A DNA stretch of 53,815 nucleotides, from assembly GCA_027028505.1 (NCBI GenBank), contig JALVJE010000229.1:1-53815 (forward strand), in the 5' to 3' direction. The DNA is from Bacteroidales bacterium. GTDB taxonomy: Bacteria; Bacteroidota; Bacteroidia; Bacteroidales; VadinHA17. Shown one piece after another: positions 9,026 to 19,484 of the stretch; within the stretch, counting starts at the first letter, position 1, and every line of letters begins with the position of its first letter. The notes beneath the pieces were generated by a model. That model was not told the DNA's origin. It did not search any database and saw nothing but the letters and a program-made list of their open reading frames with translations. The position numbers and the translations under genes are program-made.

Positions 9026-12000
9026 TTATGCAGACTTCTCCAGTTTTCCGGTCAACTGCATGATCCGTTTCTGGATAAGTATGGTGAGGCGGTACATGAC
9101 CGGTACAATGATCAGGGTCAGGAAAGTGGAAAAGGTCAGGCCGAAGATGACCGTCCACGACATAGGCCCCCAGAAAAGCACATTGTCACCTCCGAAGTAA
9201 AGTTGCGGATCCATTTTGCTCAGCAATGTGCCGAAATTCATGTTCAGTCCTATGGCCAGCGAAATAAGGCCCAGGACAGTGGTGATAGCCGTGAGCAGCA
9301 CGGGCCGCAGACGCGTTTTTCCGGCAAGTATGATGCAGGAGGTAGCCTCTTCCACCGGCAGATAAGCGTGTTCGTCCATGCCCAGTTCTTTTCTGCGGCG
9401 CGCCTTCAGCAGCTCAATGTAATCCAGCAGTACGATCGCATTGTTGACCACGATCCCGGCCAGGGAGATGATCCCGATCCCGGTCATGATCACAACGAAG
9501 TCCATGTGGAAAGTGGCCAGGCCGCCGAAAACGCCAATGGTACTGAACACCACACTGGCCATGATGATCAGAGGCCGGATGATGGAGTTGAACTGGGTCA
9601 CCAGGATGAGCAGGATGAGTGAAAGAGCGATCAGCATGGCCCGCGAGAGAAAAGCCATGGATTCCTGCTGGTCTTCCTGTTCACCGCGGAAAGAATAGGT
9701 GTATCCGGGAGGCATGGTGAACCCTGTCATTACCATTTTCAGCTGGTCGTTGATCTGGTTGCTGTTATATCCAGGCAGGACATTGGAGTAAAGGGTGACC
9801 ACCCTTTTGCGGTCTTTCCGGTTGATCGTGCCATACGTGTTGCTGTAGGAGATGGTCGTAACCGCAGAGATGGGAATGTTGGTGATCTTCCCTTTCTCGT
9901 TGAGAGAAACGGTCTGGTTGAGCAGTGTCGATACATCGTTGCGGTAACGGTCGGCCAGCCTGATCGTAATGGGGTACTCATCTTCTCCCACCTTGAAATC
10001 CGACACTTTTCGTCCGTAGAGGGCCGTACGTATGGTGCCGGCGATCAGCTGTGTGGAGAGACCGTAACGCCTGGCCTTTTCCCTGTTGATATGAACGATC
10101 AGCTCCGGTCGTCCTACTTCCAGGTCCATCTTCAGCCCCTCGATCCCCTCTATGCCCTGACGGGAGATAAAACTCTTGGCAGAATCAGCCAGATCGATAA
10201 GCGTGGTAAAATCTTCTCCTGCGATCTCCAGGTCTATCGGCTTGCCGGTGGGAGGGCCCATTTCATTTTTTTCGACGGAGATGCGTACACCCGGGTACTG
10301 ATTGATAAGATCATGACTGATCCTGGCCATGATCTGTGAGGTACTGATGCCCTGCCGGTACTTATAATCGACAAAGTTGATCGTGATAAGCCCTTTGTTC
10401 GGTTCATCCTTGCCGCCTGTGAACTTGTCGGATAGGCCGCGGCCAACGGTCGTAAGAACATTCTCAACGATGGCGCTGTCCGGTGCAAGAATGACATCTA
10501 TACGTTTCTCCAGGATCTTCATTATTGAGTCGGTGCGTATGATATCTGTCCCTATGGGCAACTCGGCTGCAACATTGATATAGCGGGGCTCATTGTCCGG
10601 AAAAAAGTCGATCTTGGGTTTGCGGGCCTGGTAAAAACCGATGGTGAAGAAGAGCAACAGAATGGTGCCGAAAAAGAACAACCATGGATTTTTCTTACGC
10701 AGTGCGAACCGCAGGGATCTGGAATAGATATTCTCCAGCCAGACAAGGAATCTTTTCTGGAACCATCTTTCGGCCCGGTAAAAGAAGATAGCATGCAGGA
10801 AGACAATGACCACCCCGAAAGCCAGGAGATTGGCGATAACATAATGATGGGTCAGGTAACCCAGTACAGCGATGACTGCCAGCGGAGCCAGGATGGTAAA
10901 GGTCTTTTTCCGGTTGGGGGTATAGTCTTCTGTTCTTTTTTTCTTGATGAATGTGGCTGAAAAAACAGGAACAATGACCAAAGCTACAAACAATGAGGAA
11001 GAGAGGACGATGATGAGCATGATGGGGAGCATCTTCATAAACTCGCCGATGCGACCGGTCCAGAAAGCCATGGGGAAGAAAGCGGCCAGGGTGGTCGCCG
11101 TGGAGGCGATGATGGGTACCGCGATCTCTCCCGTAGCCTGACGGGCGGCCTCCCAGGGATCGTAACCCTTGTCAATGAAACGGTAGATGTTCTCTACTAC
11201 CACGATCGCATTGTCCACCAGCATCCCCAGCGAGAGGATCAGGCTGAAAAGCGTGATCATATTGATGCGGATGCCGGCAATGCTCATCACCACAAAGCTG
11301 ATGAACATCGACATGGGTATGGCCAGTCCTACGATCAGGGCATTGCGTACTCCCATGAAATAGAAAAGGATGAGCACCACCAGGATAACCCCCATGATGA
11401 CATTGTTCTCCAGGTTACTTAGCTGCATGCGGATAAGATCCGACTGGTCATTGGTATAGTCTATCTTCAGACTGGCAGGCAGGGCCCCGTCTTCCTGGGC
11501 ATGGCTGACAATCTCAGAGATCTTCTTCGTGGCTACCAGCAGGTTTTCACCTCCTTTTTTTACCACCTGCAGCGATACCACAGGATGACTGTTCAAGCGG
11601 GCATAATTGGTGGGGTCCTCAAAACCGTCGATCACCGTGGCCACATCGCTGAGGTACTTTACATTTCCCTCTACCTGTTTGACGATGATGTTCTCTATTT
11701 CATTTACATGGTGAAACTCTCCGAGGATGCGGATCGAACGGGTGGTACCATTTACTTTCACCTCACCGCCCGACATGGAAATGTTCTCGCTTTTCACGGC
11801 ATTTTCAATGTCCCGGAAGCTGAGGTTCATGGCCTGCAGCTTGTAGGGGTCCACAATGATCTTGATCTCCCGTTCATTGACCCCTTTGATATCCACCCGG
11901 GAGATCTCCTTGACCGTTTCGATCTCATCCTGCAGAAATTCCGCGTATTTTCTCAGTTCTTCCGTGCTGTAATCTCCCGACATGTTGATGGTGATGATGG

Positions 12001-12451
12001 GGAATTCTGTCATATCGATATCCTTCACTACCGGGTCCTGGAGCAGGTCGTCGGGCAGCTCGCTCTTGGCCCTGTCCACGGCATCCTTGACATCCTGCAA
12101 TGCCTTGTTCAGGTCAATGCCCGTATTGAACTCAACGGTGATAAAAGAAAGATCCTGCAACGACTGAGAACTGATCTCTTTGATGCCACGGATACCATCG
12201 ATCTCTTTCTCGATGGGCCGGGTGATGAGGTTCTCTATGTCCGCAGGGGAGTTGCCCGGATAAACCGTCTGCACGAGCACCGTCGGTACCACAATATCGG
12301 GGAAAAGCTCTTTGGGCAGACGTATATAGGAGACCATCCCGAAGATCGCCAGCACCAGGGTGAGCAGGAAGATCGTATTCTTGTTCTTCAGAGAGAGCGT
12401 GGTGAGCCCGAAATTTCTGATGACCTTATCCTTCAAAGGTTCTTTTTCCAT
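9026..12451 (-). CDS. RND (AcrB/AcrD/AcrF family) efflux permease
   Basis: 1141 aa; YPG motif, GMLVDNAIVVVEN, GIVVNNAIVL, RLRPVLLTAITT. Confidence 0.95.
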   Translation of the reverse strand: MEKEPLKDKVIRNFGLTTLSLKNKNTIFLLTLVLAIFGMVSYIRLPKELFPDIVVPTVLVQTVYPGNSPADIENLITRPIEKEIDGIRGIKEISSQSLQDLSFITVEFNTGIDLNKALQDVKDAVDRAKSELPDDLLQDPVVKDIDMTEFPIITINMSGDYSTEELRKYAEFLQDEIETVKEISRVDIKGVNEREIKIIVDPYKLQAMNLSFRDIENAVKSENISMSGGEVKVNGTTRSIRILGEFHHVNEIENIIVKQVEGNVKYLSDVATVIDGFEDPTNYARLNSHPVVSLQVVKKGGENLLVATKKISEIVSHAQEDGALPASLKIDYTNDQSDLIRMQLSNLENNVIMGVILVVLILFYFMGVRNALIVGLAIPMSMFISFVVMSIAGIRINMITLFSLILSLGMLVDNAIVVVENIYRFIDKGYDPWEAARQATGEIAVPIIASTATTLAAFFPMAFWTGRIGEFMKMLPIMLIIVLSSSLFVALVIVPVFSATFIKKKRTEDYTPNRKKTFTILAPLAVIAVLGYLTHHYVIANLLAFGVVIVFLHAIFFYRAERWFQKRFLVWLENIYSRSLRFALRKKNPWLFFFGTILLLFFTIGFYQARKPKIDFFPDNEPRYINVAAELPIGTDIIRTDSIMKILEKRIDVILAPDSAIVENVLTTVGRGLSDKFTGGKDEPNKGLITINFVDYKYRQGISTSQIMARISHDLINQYPGVRISVEKNEMGPPTGKPIDLEIAGEDFTTLIDLADSAKSFISRQGIEGIEGLKMDLEVGRPELIVHINREKARRYGLSTQLIAGTIRTALYGRKVSDFKVGEDEYPITIRLADRYRNDVSTLLNQTVSLNEKGKITNIPISAVTTISYSNTYGTINRKDRKRVVTLYSNVLPGYNSNQINDQLKMVMTGFTMPPGYTYSFRGEQEDQQESMAFLSRAMLIALSLILLILVTQFNSIIRPLIIMASVVFSTIGVFGGLATFHMDFVVIMTGIGIISLAGIVVNNAIVLLDYIELLKARRRKELGMDEHAYLPVEEATSCIILAGKTRLRPVLLTAITTVLGLISLAIGLNMNFGTLLSKMDPQLYFGGDNVLFWGPMSWTVIFGLTFSTFLTLIIVPVMYRLTILIQKRIMQLTGKLEKSA

Positions 12452-12475
12452 CTTTTATCTGTTAACCTGTTGTGC

Positions 12476-13624
12476 CTATTGCATGAGTTTTACGATCTCG
12501 CCGTTGGTGACCTGGTCGAAACCATCCACGATCACACGGTCACCCGCAGCCAGGCCTTTTAGCACCTGGGTCTTGTCTTTGTAAAATACCCCGGGGGTGA
12601 TGTACACTTTTTCTGCAACGTACTGACCTTCCGACATTTTCAAACGGTAGAGGAAATAACCCCGCATATCTTTTTTGATGATCTCCGAAGGGACCACCAG
12701 GGTGGCAGGATCATGAAAGTCCCGGAAACGTACCAGCGTATAAAGATTGGGTTTCAGTTCCCAGCCGGGGTTGTCCACTTTCACCTCTATCCTGAAAGTC
12801 CGGGTCTTATCATTAATGACATTCGCTTTTCTGAAAATAGGCAGGTGATATTGCCGGTTATCCAGGTCGGGGAAGACTACCTCTACCATATCCCCTTTGT
12901 GTACCCGGGAGAGGTAAACCTCCGAAACATCGACATAGATCTTCATTCGGGAGAGGTTGATCAGCTGGACCAGTTGTCTCCCCGGGGCTGCTAGCTCTCC
13001 TTCTTTGGCGTAGACCTCGTCGATAATGCCGGCAAAAGGGGCTTTGATGTATGCCATATCCAGCTTTGCCTGGAGGGATTTGAGCCGCTCACGGGCAGCT
13101 TCAAGATTGGTCTTGGCCTGCAGGTATTGTACCTCGCTCCCTACTTTCTGCGACCACAGCTCTTTCTGTTTCTCATAAAGTTTTTCGGTGAGTGCCAGTT
13201 GTGCTTTGGCCTCGGCGATGGAGCTCTCGGTGATCTCGGTGTTCAGCTTGAGCAGCAATTCGTCTTTGCTGACCTTTTGTCCTTCCACTACAAAGATCTT
13301 TTTGATCTGGCCGTTGATCTCGGAACTGATAAAAGCCTCTTTTTCCGGGATCACCGTGCCGGAGGCCTCCACGTAATGAGAAAAGGGAACCGGCCTGAGC
13401 GTGAGGGTCCGTACCGGGATGAGGCTGACGCTTACGGAATCGGTCCCGGAGAGTTCCTTTTCCAGTTGGCTGATCTTCATGTTCAACTCGACCACCTTGC
13501 TTTTGTAACGGGTCAGCTCTTTTTTCTTTTTTTCTGTATCCGGGGTCGACTGGCAGGCAACCAGCAGGGCCAGGCCCAGGAGAAGTGCTGTTTTTTTCAC
13601 GGAACTATGTTTTTTATGGATCAT
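12476..13624 (-). CDS. RND periplasmic adaptor (MFP) lipoprotein
   Basis: Lipobox LVAC, lipoyl half-motifs (EGQKV, IKAPFAG), coiled-coil hairpin, GLAAGDRVIVDG. Confidence 0.93.
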   Translation of the reverse strand: MIHKKHSSVKKTALLLGLALLVACQSTPDTEKKKKELTRYKSKVVELNMKISQLEKELSGTDSVSVSLIPVRTLTLRPVPFSHYVEASGTVIPEKEAFISSEINGQIKKIFVVEGQKVSKDELLLKLNTEITESSIAEAKAQLALTEKLYEKQKELWSQKVGSEVQYLQAKTNLEAARERLKSLQAKLDMAYIKAPFAGIIDEVYAKEGELAAPGRQLVQLINLSRMKIYVDVSEVYLSRVHKGDMVEVVFPDLDNRQYHLPIFRKANVINDKTRTFRIEVKVDNPGWELKPNLYTLVRFRDFHDPATLVVPSEIIKKDMRGYFLYRLKMSEGQYVAEKVYITPGVFYKDKTQVLKGLAAGDRVIVDGFDQVTNGEIVKLMQ

Positions 13625-13626
13625 GA

Positions 13627-14991
13627 TTACATCTGATTTAATAAACGGTCCAGGTGGATCTTGGCTTTCAGCAACTCGATCATGGCAGTGAAATACCTTG
13701 TCTCTGTCTGCAGATACTGATTGTTCACCTGCGTCAGATCGAGGCTGGAGGCTGTTCCCGCCGACACCTTCAGGCTGGTCTTATCCACCACCTTTTTGGC
13801 CAGGGTCACATTTTTTTCTTCCGCCAGAAAATTTTCCCAGGCGGTCACCAGATTGTCCCGGGCCTGTTCATATTGCAGTTTCAGGTTTTCCGAGAGAAGC
13901 TCTTTGGTGATAGATGCTTTTTCCAGCTCTATGCGGCGCATGTCTACATTTGATTTGCGAAAACCACTGCTGAAGATGGGAATGGACAGCGTTACTCCCA
14001 AAAAAGATGAGTAGTACCATTTCTCATTCGGATCAAAAAAAGAAAAAGTGTTGCGCATGGCAGCCCACTGATTGCTGTAATTGGCATTGAGACTGGGCAT
14101 ATAGGTGAATTTTTCTTTCTTCAGGTTGATGGCTGCCAGATGCTCCCGGGTGGATGCCACTTTGTATTCGATCTGACTGTCTACCCGGAAAGGTTTTACC
14201 ACGATCGAGGGGACATGGATGCCGGCCAGAAGGTGATCCAGCGAATCGGTTAAAACAATGGGTCTTTCCAGATCGATACCCATCTGGAACTTCAGGAGAC
14301 GCTCCGAAGCTATCACCTGGCGCCGGGCTGACTTTACAGCGTTCTCCAGCGAGGTGACCGACACCTGGAGCTGATCCACAGAGATATCATCCGTGAAACC
14401 GGCCTCATACATCTTACGGGTATCTTCCAGGGTCTTTTTCATGTTTTGGTAGTTCTCCTCAATGATCTGCTCCGTTTTCCGGCCGATGAGCACGAGATAG
14501 TAGGTCTGTGCCACCGTCTCCCGGATGTCGGTCTCCGATTTCCGAACATTTTGCTCATTCAGCAGTCGCAGGATCTTGGTGGCTTCCAGACCTACAAGAA
14601 AGGGTCCGTTGAAGACCATCTGGGATACGGTGATCCCGAAATCGGCCGTATGCTGGCTGCCGAACTGGACAGGGATCTTTTTATCAGGATCCCCATGGAA
14701 AAAATCCGGCAAAAGGGTGGTACGCAGGGCCAGATTGTCCTGGTAGTTGAGATTGGAGTTGACCTGCGGCAAGCCGGTGGAGAGATACTGCTTGATCTGC
14801 TGCTCGGCATGCTCCAGGTCTTTCCGCGTGTTCTTTACCGTCAGATTGTATTTGACGGCATACTCCTGGGCCTCCGCCAGGGAAAAGGATAGCGTTGTAT
14901 CCTGCCCGGACACAGAGAAAACGGAAAGGATCACCCCCAAAAGAGAGGCGAATAAAAGATCAGATCGTTTGTATGGGATCATATCAGACAT
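13627..14991 (-). CDS. TolC family outer membrane factor
   Basis: Signal peptide, LPQV and LSIPIFSSG repeats, position within the RND operon. Confidence 0.92.
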   Translation of the reverse strand: MSDMIPYKRSDLLFASLLGVILSVFSVSGQDTTLSFSLAEAQEYAVKYNLTVKNTRKDLEHAEQQIKQYLSTGLPQVNSNLNYQDNLALRTTLLPDFFHGDPDKKIPVQFGSQHTADFGITVSQMVFNGPFLVGLEATKILRLLNEQNVRKSETDIRETVAQTYYLVLIGRKTEQIIEENYQNMKKTLEDTRKMYEAGFTDDISVDQLQVSVTSLENAVKSARRQVIASERLLKFQMGIDLERPIVLTDSLDHLLAGIHVPSIVVKPFRVDSQIEYKVASTREHLAAINLKKEKFTYMPSLNANYSNQWAAMRNTFSFFDPNEKWYYSSFLGVTLSIPIFSSGFRKSNVDMRRIELEKASITKELLSENLKLQYEQARDNLVTAWENFLAEEKNVTLAKKVVDKTSLKVSAGTASSLDLTQVNNQYLQTETRYFTAMIELLKAKIHLDRLLNQM

Positions 14992-15610
14992 CGTTTTGGC
15001 GTATTTGGTTCATATATGTTTCTACCAGCTTCAGGCCTTTTTCGTTGGCGATGCCATGGATGTGATAGATGAACGACTGGATGATAAAACGGGGGGAGGT
15101 GAACTCTTCCGCCGACAACAGATCGCTTTCCAGAGGATACTCCACACGCGAGATGTACAGCTTCGCTATGACCACCTCATCCAGATCTTCCCGGAAAAGA
15201 CCTTCCTCTTTTCCTTTCCGGAGATTGGCGACCATCGACCGGAACATGTTTTCCCGCTGCTCCTGGCGGATCTGTTTGTATATGTCGGGATAATATTTCT
15301 TCAGATCAAAGAACTTTGTCGGACTGTAGTCTTTTATAAGGTGAAGTACCAGCTTATTGACCTCTATGATCTCTTCCACGGCATTACGGGAGTTCTGCGA
15401 GATCTGCATAAAAGCCTCCCTTTTCTTTTTCAGTTCGTAGTTACACACCTTCCTGACCAGGTCCTTTTTATCGGAAATATGCTGGTACAATGTTTTTTTG
15501 GATATCCCCAGCTCCCGTGCCACATCGTCCATAGAGATGCTTTTGATCCCTACCTTGTTATACAGGGCCGCTGCATTTTCAATGATCCGGTCGTTCAATG
15601 ATTCATCCAT
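14984..15610 (-). CDS. TetR/AcrR family regulator
   Basis: HTH ISMDDVARELGISKKTLYQH; first gene of the efflux operon. Confidence 0.93.
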   Translation of the reverse strand: MDESLNDRIIENAAALYNKVGIKSISMDDVARELGISKKTLYQHISDKKDLVRKVCNYELKKKREAFMQISQNSRNAVEEIIEVNKLVLHLIKDYSPTKFFDLKKYYPDIYKQIRQEQRENMFRSMVANLRKGKEEGLFREDLDEVVIAKLYISRVEYPLESDLLSAEEFTSPRFIIQSFIYHIHGIANEKGLKLVETYMNQIRQNDV

Positions 15611-15629
15611 GATATTAAAGTTGAGAGGG

Positions 15630-15687
15630 CAAATATATAAAAAATATACTACGGAAACTGAAAATGTAGAAAAAGTTTCCGCAGTAT
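15630..15687 (-). promoter_or_regulatory. Promoter and probable TetR operator of the efflux operon
   Basis: -7 element TATATTTG (15630-15637, minus strand). Inverted repeat ATACTACGGAAACT-N14-AGTTTCCGCAGTAT (13/14 match, 15646-15687). Confidence 0.65.
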
Positions 15688-15742
15688 CCGGAAAGATGTG
15701 GCTGGTAACAAGTCTACCTTAAAATGACGCAATGTGTGGCCA

Positions 15743-15887
15743 GCCCGCCCCCCTGACCCCCTAAAGGGGGAACCCTAACACGCGCTGGCTATTGATCTGT
15801 GGGCGGACTTCCCCTTTAGGGGACCGAGGGGGCGCGATGGATAAGAGGGATATTAGATGTGTCAAAATCCAATTGACATGACACCAG
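15743..15887. repeat. GC-rich REP-like doublet element, copy 1
   Basis: CCCCCTAAAGGGGG and CCCCTTTAGGGG hairpins in inverted arrangement. An inverted homolog lies at 52140-52284; 15805-15836 is identical to the reverse complement of 52191-52222. Confidence 0.8.
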
Positions 15888-15923
15888 TGTCTTGTGATGT
15901 ACAGGGATGGGGCAGGAAGAATT

Positions 15924-16586
15924 TTATTGCAGGGATCCGGCGAAGAAATTTTTTATTTCACGGAAATCCCCGGCCACGTGGTCGTGTTCAACCCGCAATC
16001 GTCGAGGGGTCTGGTGGCCGCCGGCAAAAAGGATACATTGCAGCCCCAGGGCGCGGGCCACCTCCAGGTCGTGCAGGGTGTCGCCGACCATCCAGGCAGA
16101 GGAAGGGATGATCTTTTCAGTATTAAGAAGTTCCCTGCCTGCTTCCAGCTTGCCATCGGCATAGATATCCTCCAGGCCCCGGATCCGGTCAAAGAAATGG
16201 TGGATGCCATAATCGGCCAGCATTTTCTCAAGTCTTTTTTGTTCCATGGCCGAGAGGACGTACTGCCGGACCCCTTTTTCTTTCAGGAAAGAGAGGGTTT
16301 CTGTAACCCCTTCATGGAGAGAGGCCAGTTTCAGGTTCCGGAAATAGGTTTCCAGAAAACGGAAAGACATCTCGTCAAAATTATCTTTGCTGAAATTGAT
16401 CCCCAGTTTTTGATAGAAATCTTTTACCGGGAAATCGAAATGGGAACGATAGAATTCTTCGGTGATCTGCGGCAGGTTCCTGGCGGCCAGTTCCTGGTTA
16501 ACACTCAGCAGACTTACCTTTACGTCGTTCAGCAGCGTTCCGTTCCAGTCCCAGATAACGGCAGAGACCTCAGGATCTTTTTTCAT
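15924..16586 (-). CDS. HAD family hydrolase (phosphoglycolate phosphatase-like)
   Basis: Motif I VIWDWNGTL, VLSA, K, MVGDTLHD. ATG 16586 overlaps the upstream gene end. Confidence 0.88.
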   Translation of the reverse strand: MKKDPEVSAVIWDWNGTLLNDVKVSLLSVNQELAARNLPQITEEFYRSHFDFPVKDFYQKLGINFSKDNFDEMSFRFLETYFRNLKLASLHEGVTETLSFLKEKGVRQYVLSAMEQKRLEKMLADYGIHHFFDRIRGLEDIYADGKLEAGRELLNTEKIIPSSAWMVGDTLHDLEVARALGLQCILFAGGHQTPRRLRVEHDHVAGDFREIKNFFAGSLQ

Positions 16587-17784
16587 TTCTGCGTCGTTTA
16601 GTGGTGTTGACCAGGGAGGCCCTTTCAAACTTTATGGTTGGATCGAAGAGATAACGATAGGTAGTGAGGGTCTTGTCCACAGTAGCCCCGATCTGTTCCA
16701 GCACTTTCATCATAGGCGGGTTATAGTCTGCGATCCAGTTCATTTCCAGCTCCTTGTACCGGAAGCTCTCGGAGTAGGCAACCTTGGAGAATTCGTGGAT
16801 CATAGCGGCTTCCACCCCTTTGCCCCGGTGCTCCGGCACCACACCGAACAGGATGCCTGTGGCCTTGTTGATCACTTTTTTTACGTCCTTGTACCAGACA
16901 AAACGCAGTTTGTTGAAAAAATGCATTTTTCCGTTCATGTGTTTCAGGATCTGGTTGATCTCCGGGATCATCAGGTAAAAGGAGATAGGCTCGCCCTTGT
17001 AATAGCCGAACCACAGCAGTTTTACGTCGAGTATAGGTTTTAAGGTTTTGTATAAGACCTTTGCTTGGGCGGCACTCATGGGTGGAACGCCGGGAAAGCG
17101 GGCCCAGGCTTTGTTAAAGACTGTCCGTACCATCTCGGCCAGCTCCGGTAGTTTTTCCCGGGGCAGGTATCCGAACGAATAATCAGGGTTGTTCAGCAGA
17201 CGCATGGCCCTTTCCAGCATGGCCGGCTGCAGGGCTCCTTTTTCAATGGTACGGTGGTAGATCAGTTGATTAAAATAGTTTTTAAAGCCATAGGCTTCGA
17301 ACAATTCTTTATAATAAGGAGGGTTGTAATTGACGCCATACCCAGGCTCGGTGAATCCGTCCACCAGCAGGCCCCAGAAACGGTCCCGCTCACCGAAGTT
17401 GATGGGGCCGTCCATGGCCTTCATCCCGCGGGCTTCCAGCCACTCCCGGCAGAGGTCAAAGAGCCTGAAGGCCACCTCCCGGTCGTTGATGCTCTCGAAG
17501 AACCCCATCCCTCCCACAGGGTATTCATATTTTTTGGCAGTATGTTCGTTGATGAAGGCTGCCACACGGCCCACGGTTTTTCCCTGATCGTTCCGCAAGA
17601 TCCAGCGGATCGCTTCACCATGACGGAAAAACTTGTTCTTCGAGGGATCAAAGACATCCCGTATATCCTGGTCCAGCGGACGTATCCAGTTCGGATCGTT
17701 CCTGTAGATCTTCAGAGGAAGATGAAGGAATTCCTTCTCTGTAGCAGCGTCTTTTACTTCTATCACGGTCAGCGCATCAGACAT
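16570..17784 (-). CDS. GNAT-fold acyltransferase-like protein (YghO-like family)
   Basis: IYRNDPNWIRPL, GRVAAF, GFFE, YNPPYY, FGVVPEHRGKG (acyl-CoA binding motif), WIADYNPPM. Confidence 0.7.
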   Translation of the reverse strand: MSDALTVIEVKDAATEKEFLHLPLKIYRNDPNWIRPLDQDIRDVFDPSKNKFFRHGEAIRWILRNDQGKTVGRVAAFINEHTAKKYEYPVGGMGFFESINDREVAFRLFDLCREWLEARGMKAMDGPINFGERDRFWGLLVDGFTEPGYGVNYNPPYYKELFEAYGFKNYFNQLIYHRTIEKGALQPAMLERAMRLLNNPDYSFGYLPREKLPELAEMVRTVFNKAWARFPGVPPMSAAQAKVLYKTLKPILDVKLLWFGYYKGEPISFYLMIPEINQILKHMNGKMHFFNKLRFVWYKDVKKVINKATGILFGVVPEHRGKGVEAAMIHEFSKVAYSESFRYKELEMNWIADYNPPMMKVLEQIGATVDKTLTTYRYLFDPTIKFERASLVNTTKRRRNEKRS

Positions 17785-17833
17785 GGGATCAGATATTAAG
17801 TAATACTGTTCTGGTCATGCTCCGGCAGGCTCC

Positions 17834-17862
17834 AAAAAAAAGCACCGGTTTCATCCGGTGCT
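17834..17862 (-). terminator. Intrinsic terminator of metK
   Basis: AGCACCGG/CCGGTGCT hairpin followed by a T run on the minus strand. Confidence 0.75.
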
Positions 17863-17916
17863 AAAAATAACGTTTTTGAAAAAGAGACAAAATCTTTTTC
17901 AGGAAATGGTTCTAAA

Positions 17917-19257
17917 TTACAACCCGAAGACCTCTTTCAGTCGATCCACATAGTCCAGCTTTTCCCAGGCAAAGAATTCCACCTTCTTGAAATGTTTCTC
18001 TTTGCCGTCCACCACGCGGGTGACCGTGTCCTGATGGGTGTTGTACTGTACTTCCACCTCTTCGGTATAAGGATCACGCCCGAAATGTCCGTAGGTGGAG
18101 GTAGCCCGGAAGACGGGGTTTTTCAGCCCGAAACGTTTCACGATCGCATAGGGTCGCAGGTCGAAGGCCTCTTTGACCTTCTCGGCGATCTCTCCGTCGG
18201 TGAGGGTTTTCCCGCTGCCATCTTTCACCCGTGCTGTTCCGTATGTGTTCACGAATACTCCTACGGGCTCTGCGATGCCGATGGCATAGGCCAGTTGCAC
18301 CAGTACCTCGTCGGCGATGCCGGCGGCTACCATGTTCTTGGCAATATGCCGTGCGGCATACGCGGCCGAACGGTCCACTTTTGAAGAGTCCTTGCCGGAG
18401 AAGGCCCCGCCGCCGTGGGCCCCTTTGCCTCCGTATGTGTCGACGATGATCTTGCGGCCGGTGAGGCCGGTGTCGCCATGCGGGCCCCCGATGACGAATT
18501 TTCCTGTGGGGTTGACGATCAGCCGGTAGCCGTCTTCAAAAAGATGCCTGATCCTCTCGGGGCATTTTTTTCTCACCCTGGGGATAAGATACGTTTCGAT
18601 ATCTTCTTTGATCTTATCCTGCATGGCTTTCTGGGCGGTCTCTTCCGCTTCACGGGAGCTGTCTTTGGGGATGACGAACTCATCATGCTGGGTGGAGATC
18701 AGCAGCGTGTCGATGCGGATGGGTGTGCCGTTGTCATCATACTCGATGGTCACCTGCGACTTGGAATCGGGACGCAAATAGGTCATGTGTTTACCCTCCT
18801 TGCGGATAGCAGACAGTTCGCGCAACAGCAGATGGGCTACCTCCAGCGCCATGGGCATGTAATTGTCCATGTCGCGGTTGGCATAACCGAACATCATCCC
18901 CTGGTCGCCGGCGCCCTGATCCTCTTCATTCTCACGCTCCACACCCTGATTGATGTCTGGGCTCTGCTCGTGGATGGCAGAGATGATCCCGCAGGAATCG
19001 GCGTCAAAACGGTACTCGGCTTTGGTATAGCCGATGTCGCGGATCACCTCCCTGACCACATTTTGGATATTGACCCACGCCTCGGTCTTTACCTCGCCGC
19101 CACAGACCACAAGCCCCGTGGTCACCAGCGTCTCACATGCCACCTTCGACTCGGGGTCCTGACGCAAAAATTCATCCAGCAAAGCATCGGAGATCTGATC
19201 GGCGATCTTGTCGGGATGTCCTTCCGAAACGGATTCGGATGTAAATAAATAAGGCAT
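17917..19257 (-). CDS. metK: S-adenosylmethionine synthetase
   Basis: [34 protein letters not shown]. Confidence 0.98.
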   Translation of the reverse strand: MPYLFTSESVSEGHPDKIADQISDALLDEFLRQDPESKVACETLVTTGLVVCGGEVKTEAWVNIQNVVREVIRDIGYTKAEYRFDADSCGIISAIHEQSPDINQGVERENEEDQGAGDQGMMFGYANRDMDNYMPMALEVAHLLLRELSAIRKEGKHMTYLRPDSKSQVTIEYDDNGTPIRIDTLLISTQHDEFVIPKDSSREAEETAQKAMQDKIKEDIETYLIPRVRKKCPERIRHLFEDGYRLIVNPTGKFVIGGPHGDTGLTGRKIIVDTYGGKGAHGGGAFSGKDSSKVDRSAAYAARHIAKNMVAAGIADEVLVQLAYAIGIAEPVGVFVNTYGTARVKDGSGKTLTDGEIAEKVKEAFDLRPYAIVKRFGLKNPVFRATSTYGHFGRDPYTEEVEVQYNTHQDTVTRVVDGKEKHFKKVEFFAWEKLDYVDRLKEVFGL

Positions 19258-19321
19258 GACTTCTCCTCTTTTAGGGTTAAAATGTTTCGGGAAAGGGTGG
19301 CTGGAGCGACAGGAGGGAATA

Positions 19322-19373
19322 CTGTTTTAGCATTTTTTTCCGTGGTTGCAATCAGCCAAATCTTTCCACAGGG
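19322..19373 (-). ncRNA. SAM-II-type riboswitch upstream of metK
   Basis: Minus strand GTGG-AAA-GATTT-GGCTGA-TTGCAA-CCAC...AAAT-GCTAAAA-CAG matches the SAM-II pseudoknot pattern (P1 GTGG/CCAC, GAUUU, UUGC, GCUAAAA). Located in the metK leader. Confidence 0.75.
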
Positions 19374-19484
19374 TCACAAAGGAAATATAAAATGAGGAGA
19401 TTACAAAATTTTAAAGGAAGTTGATAAGTTAGTGAGACTGTGATTTTATGAGACGGAGTCGAAATGAAATCACAAAGTCGAACT

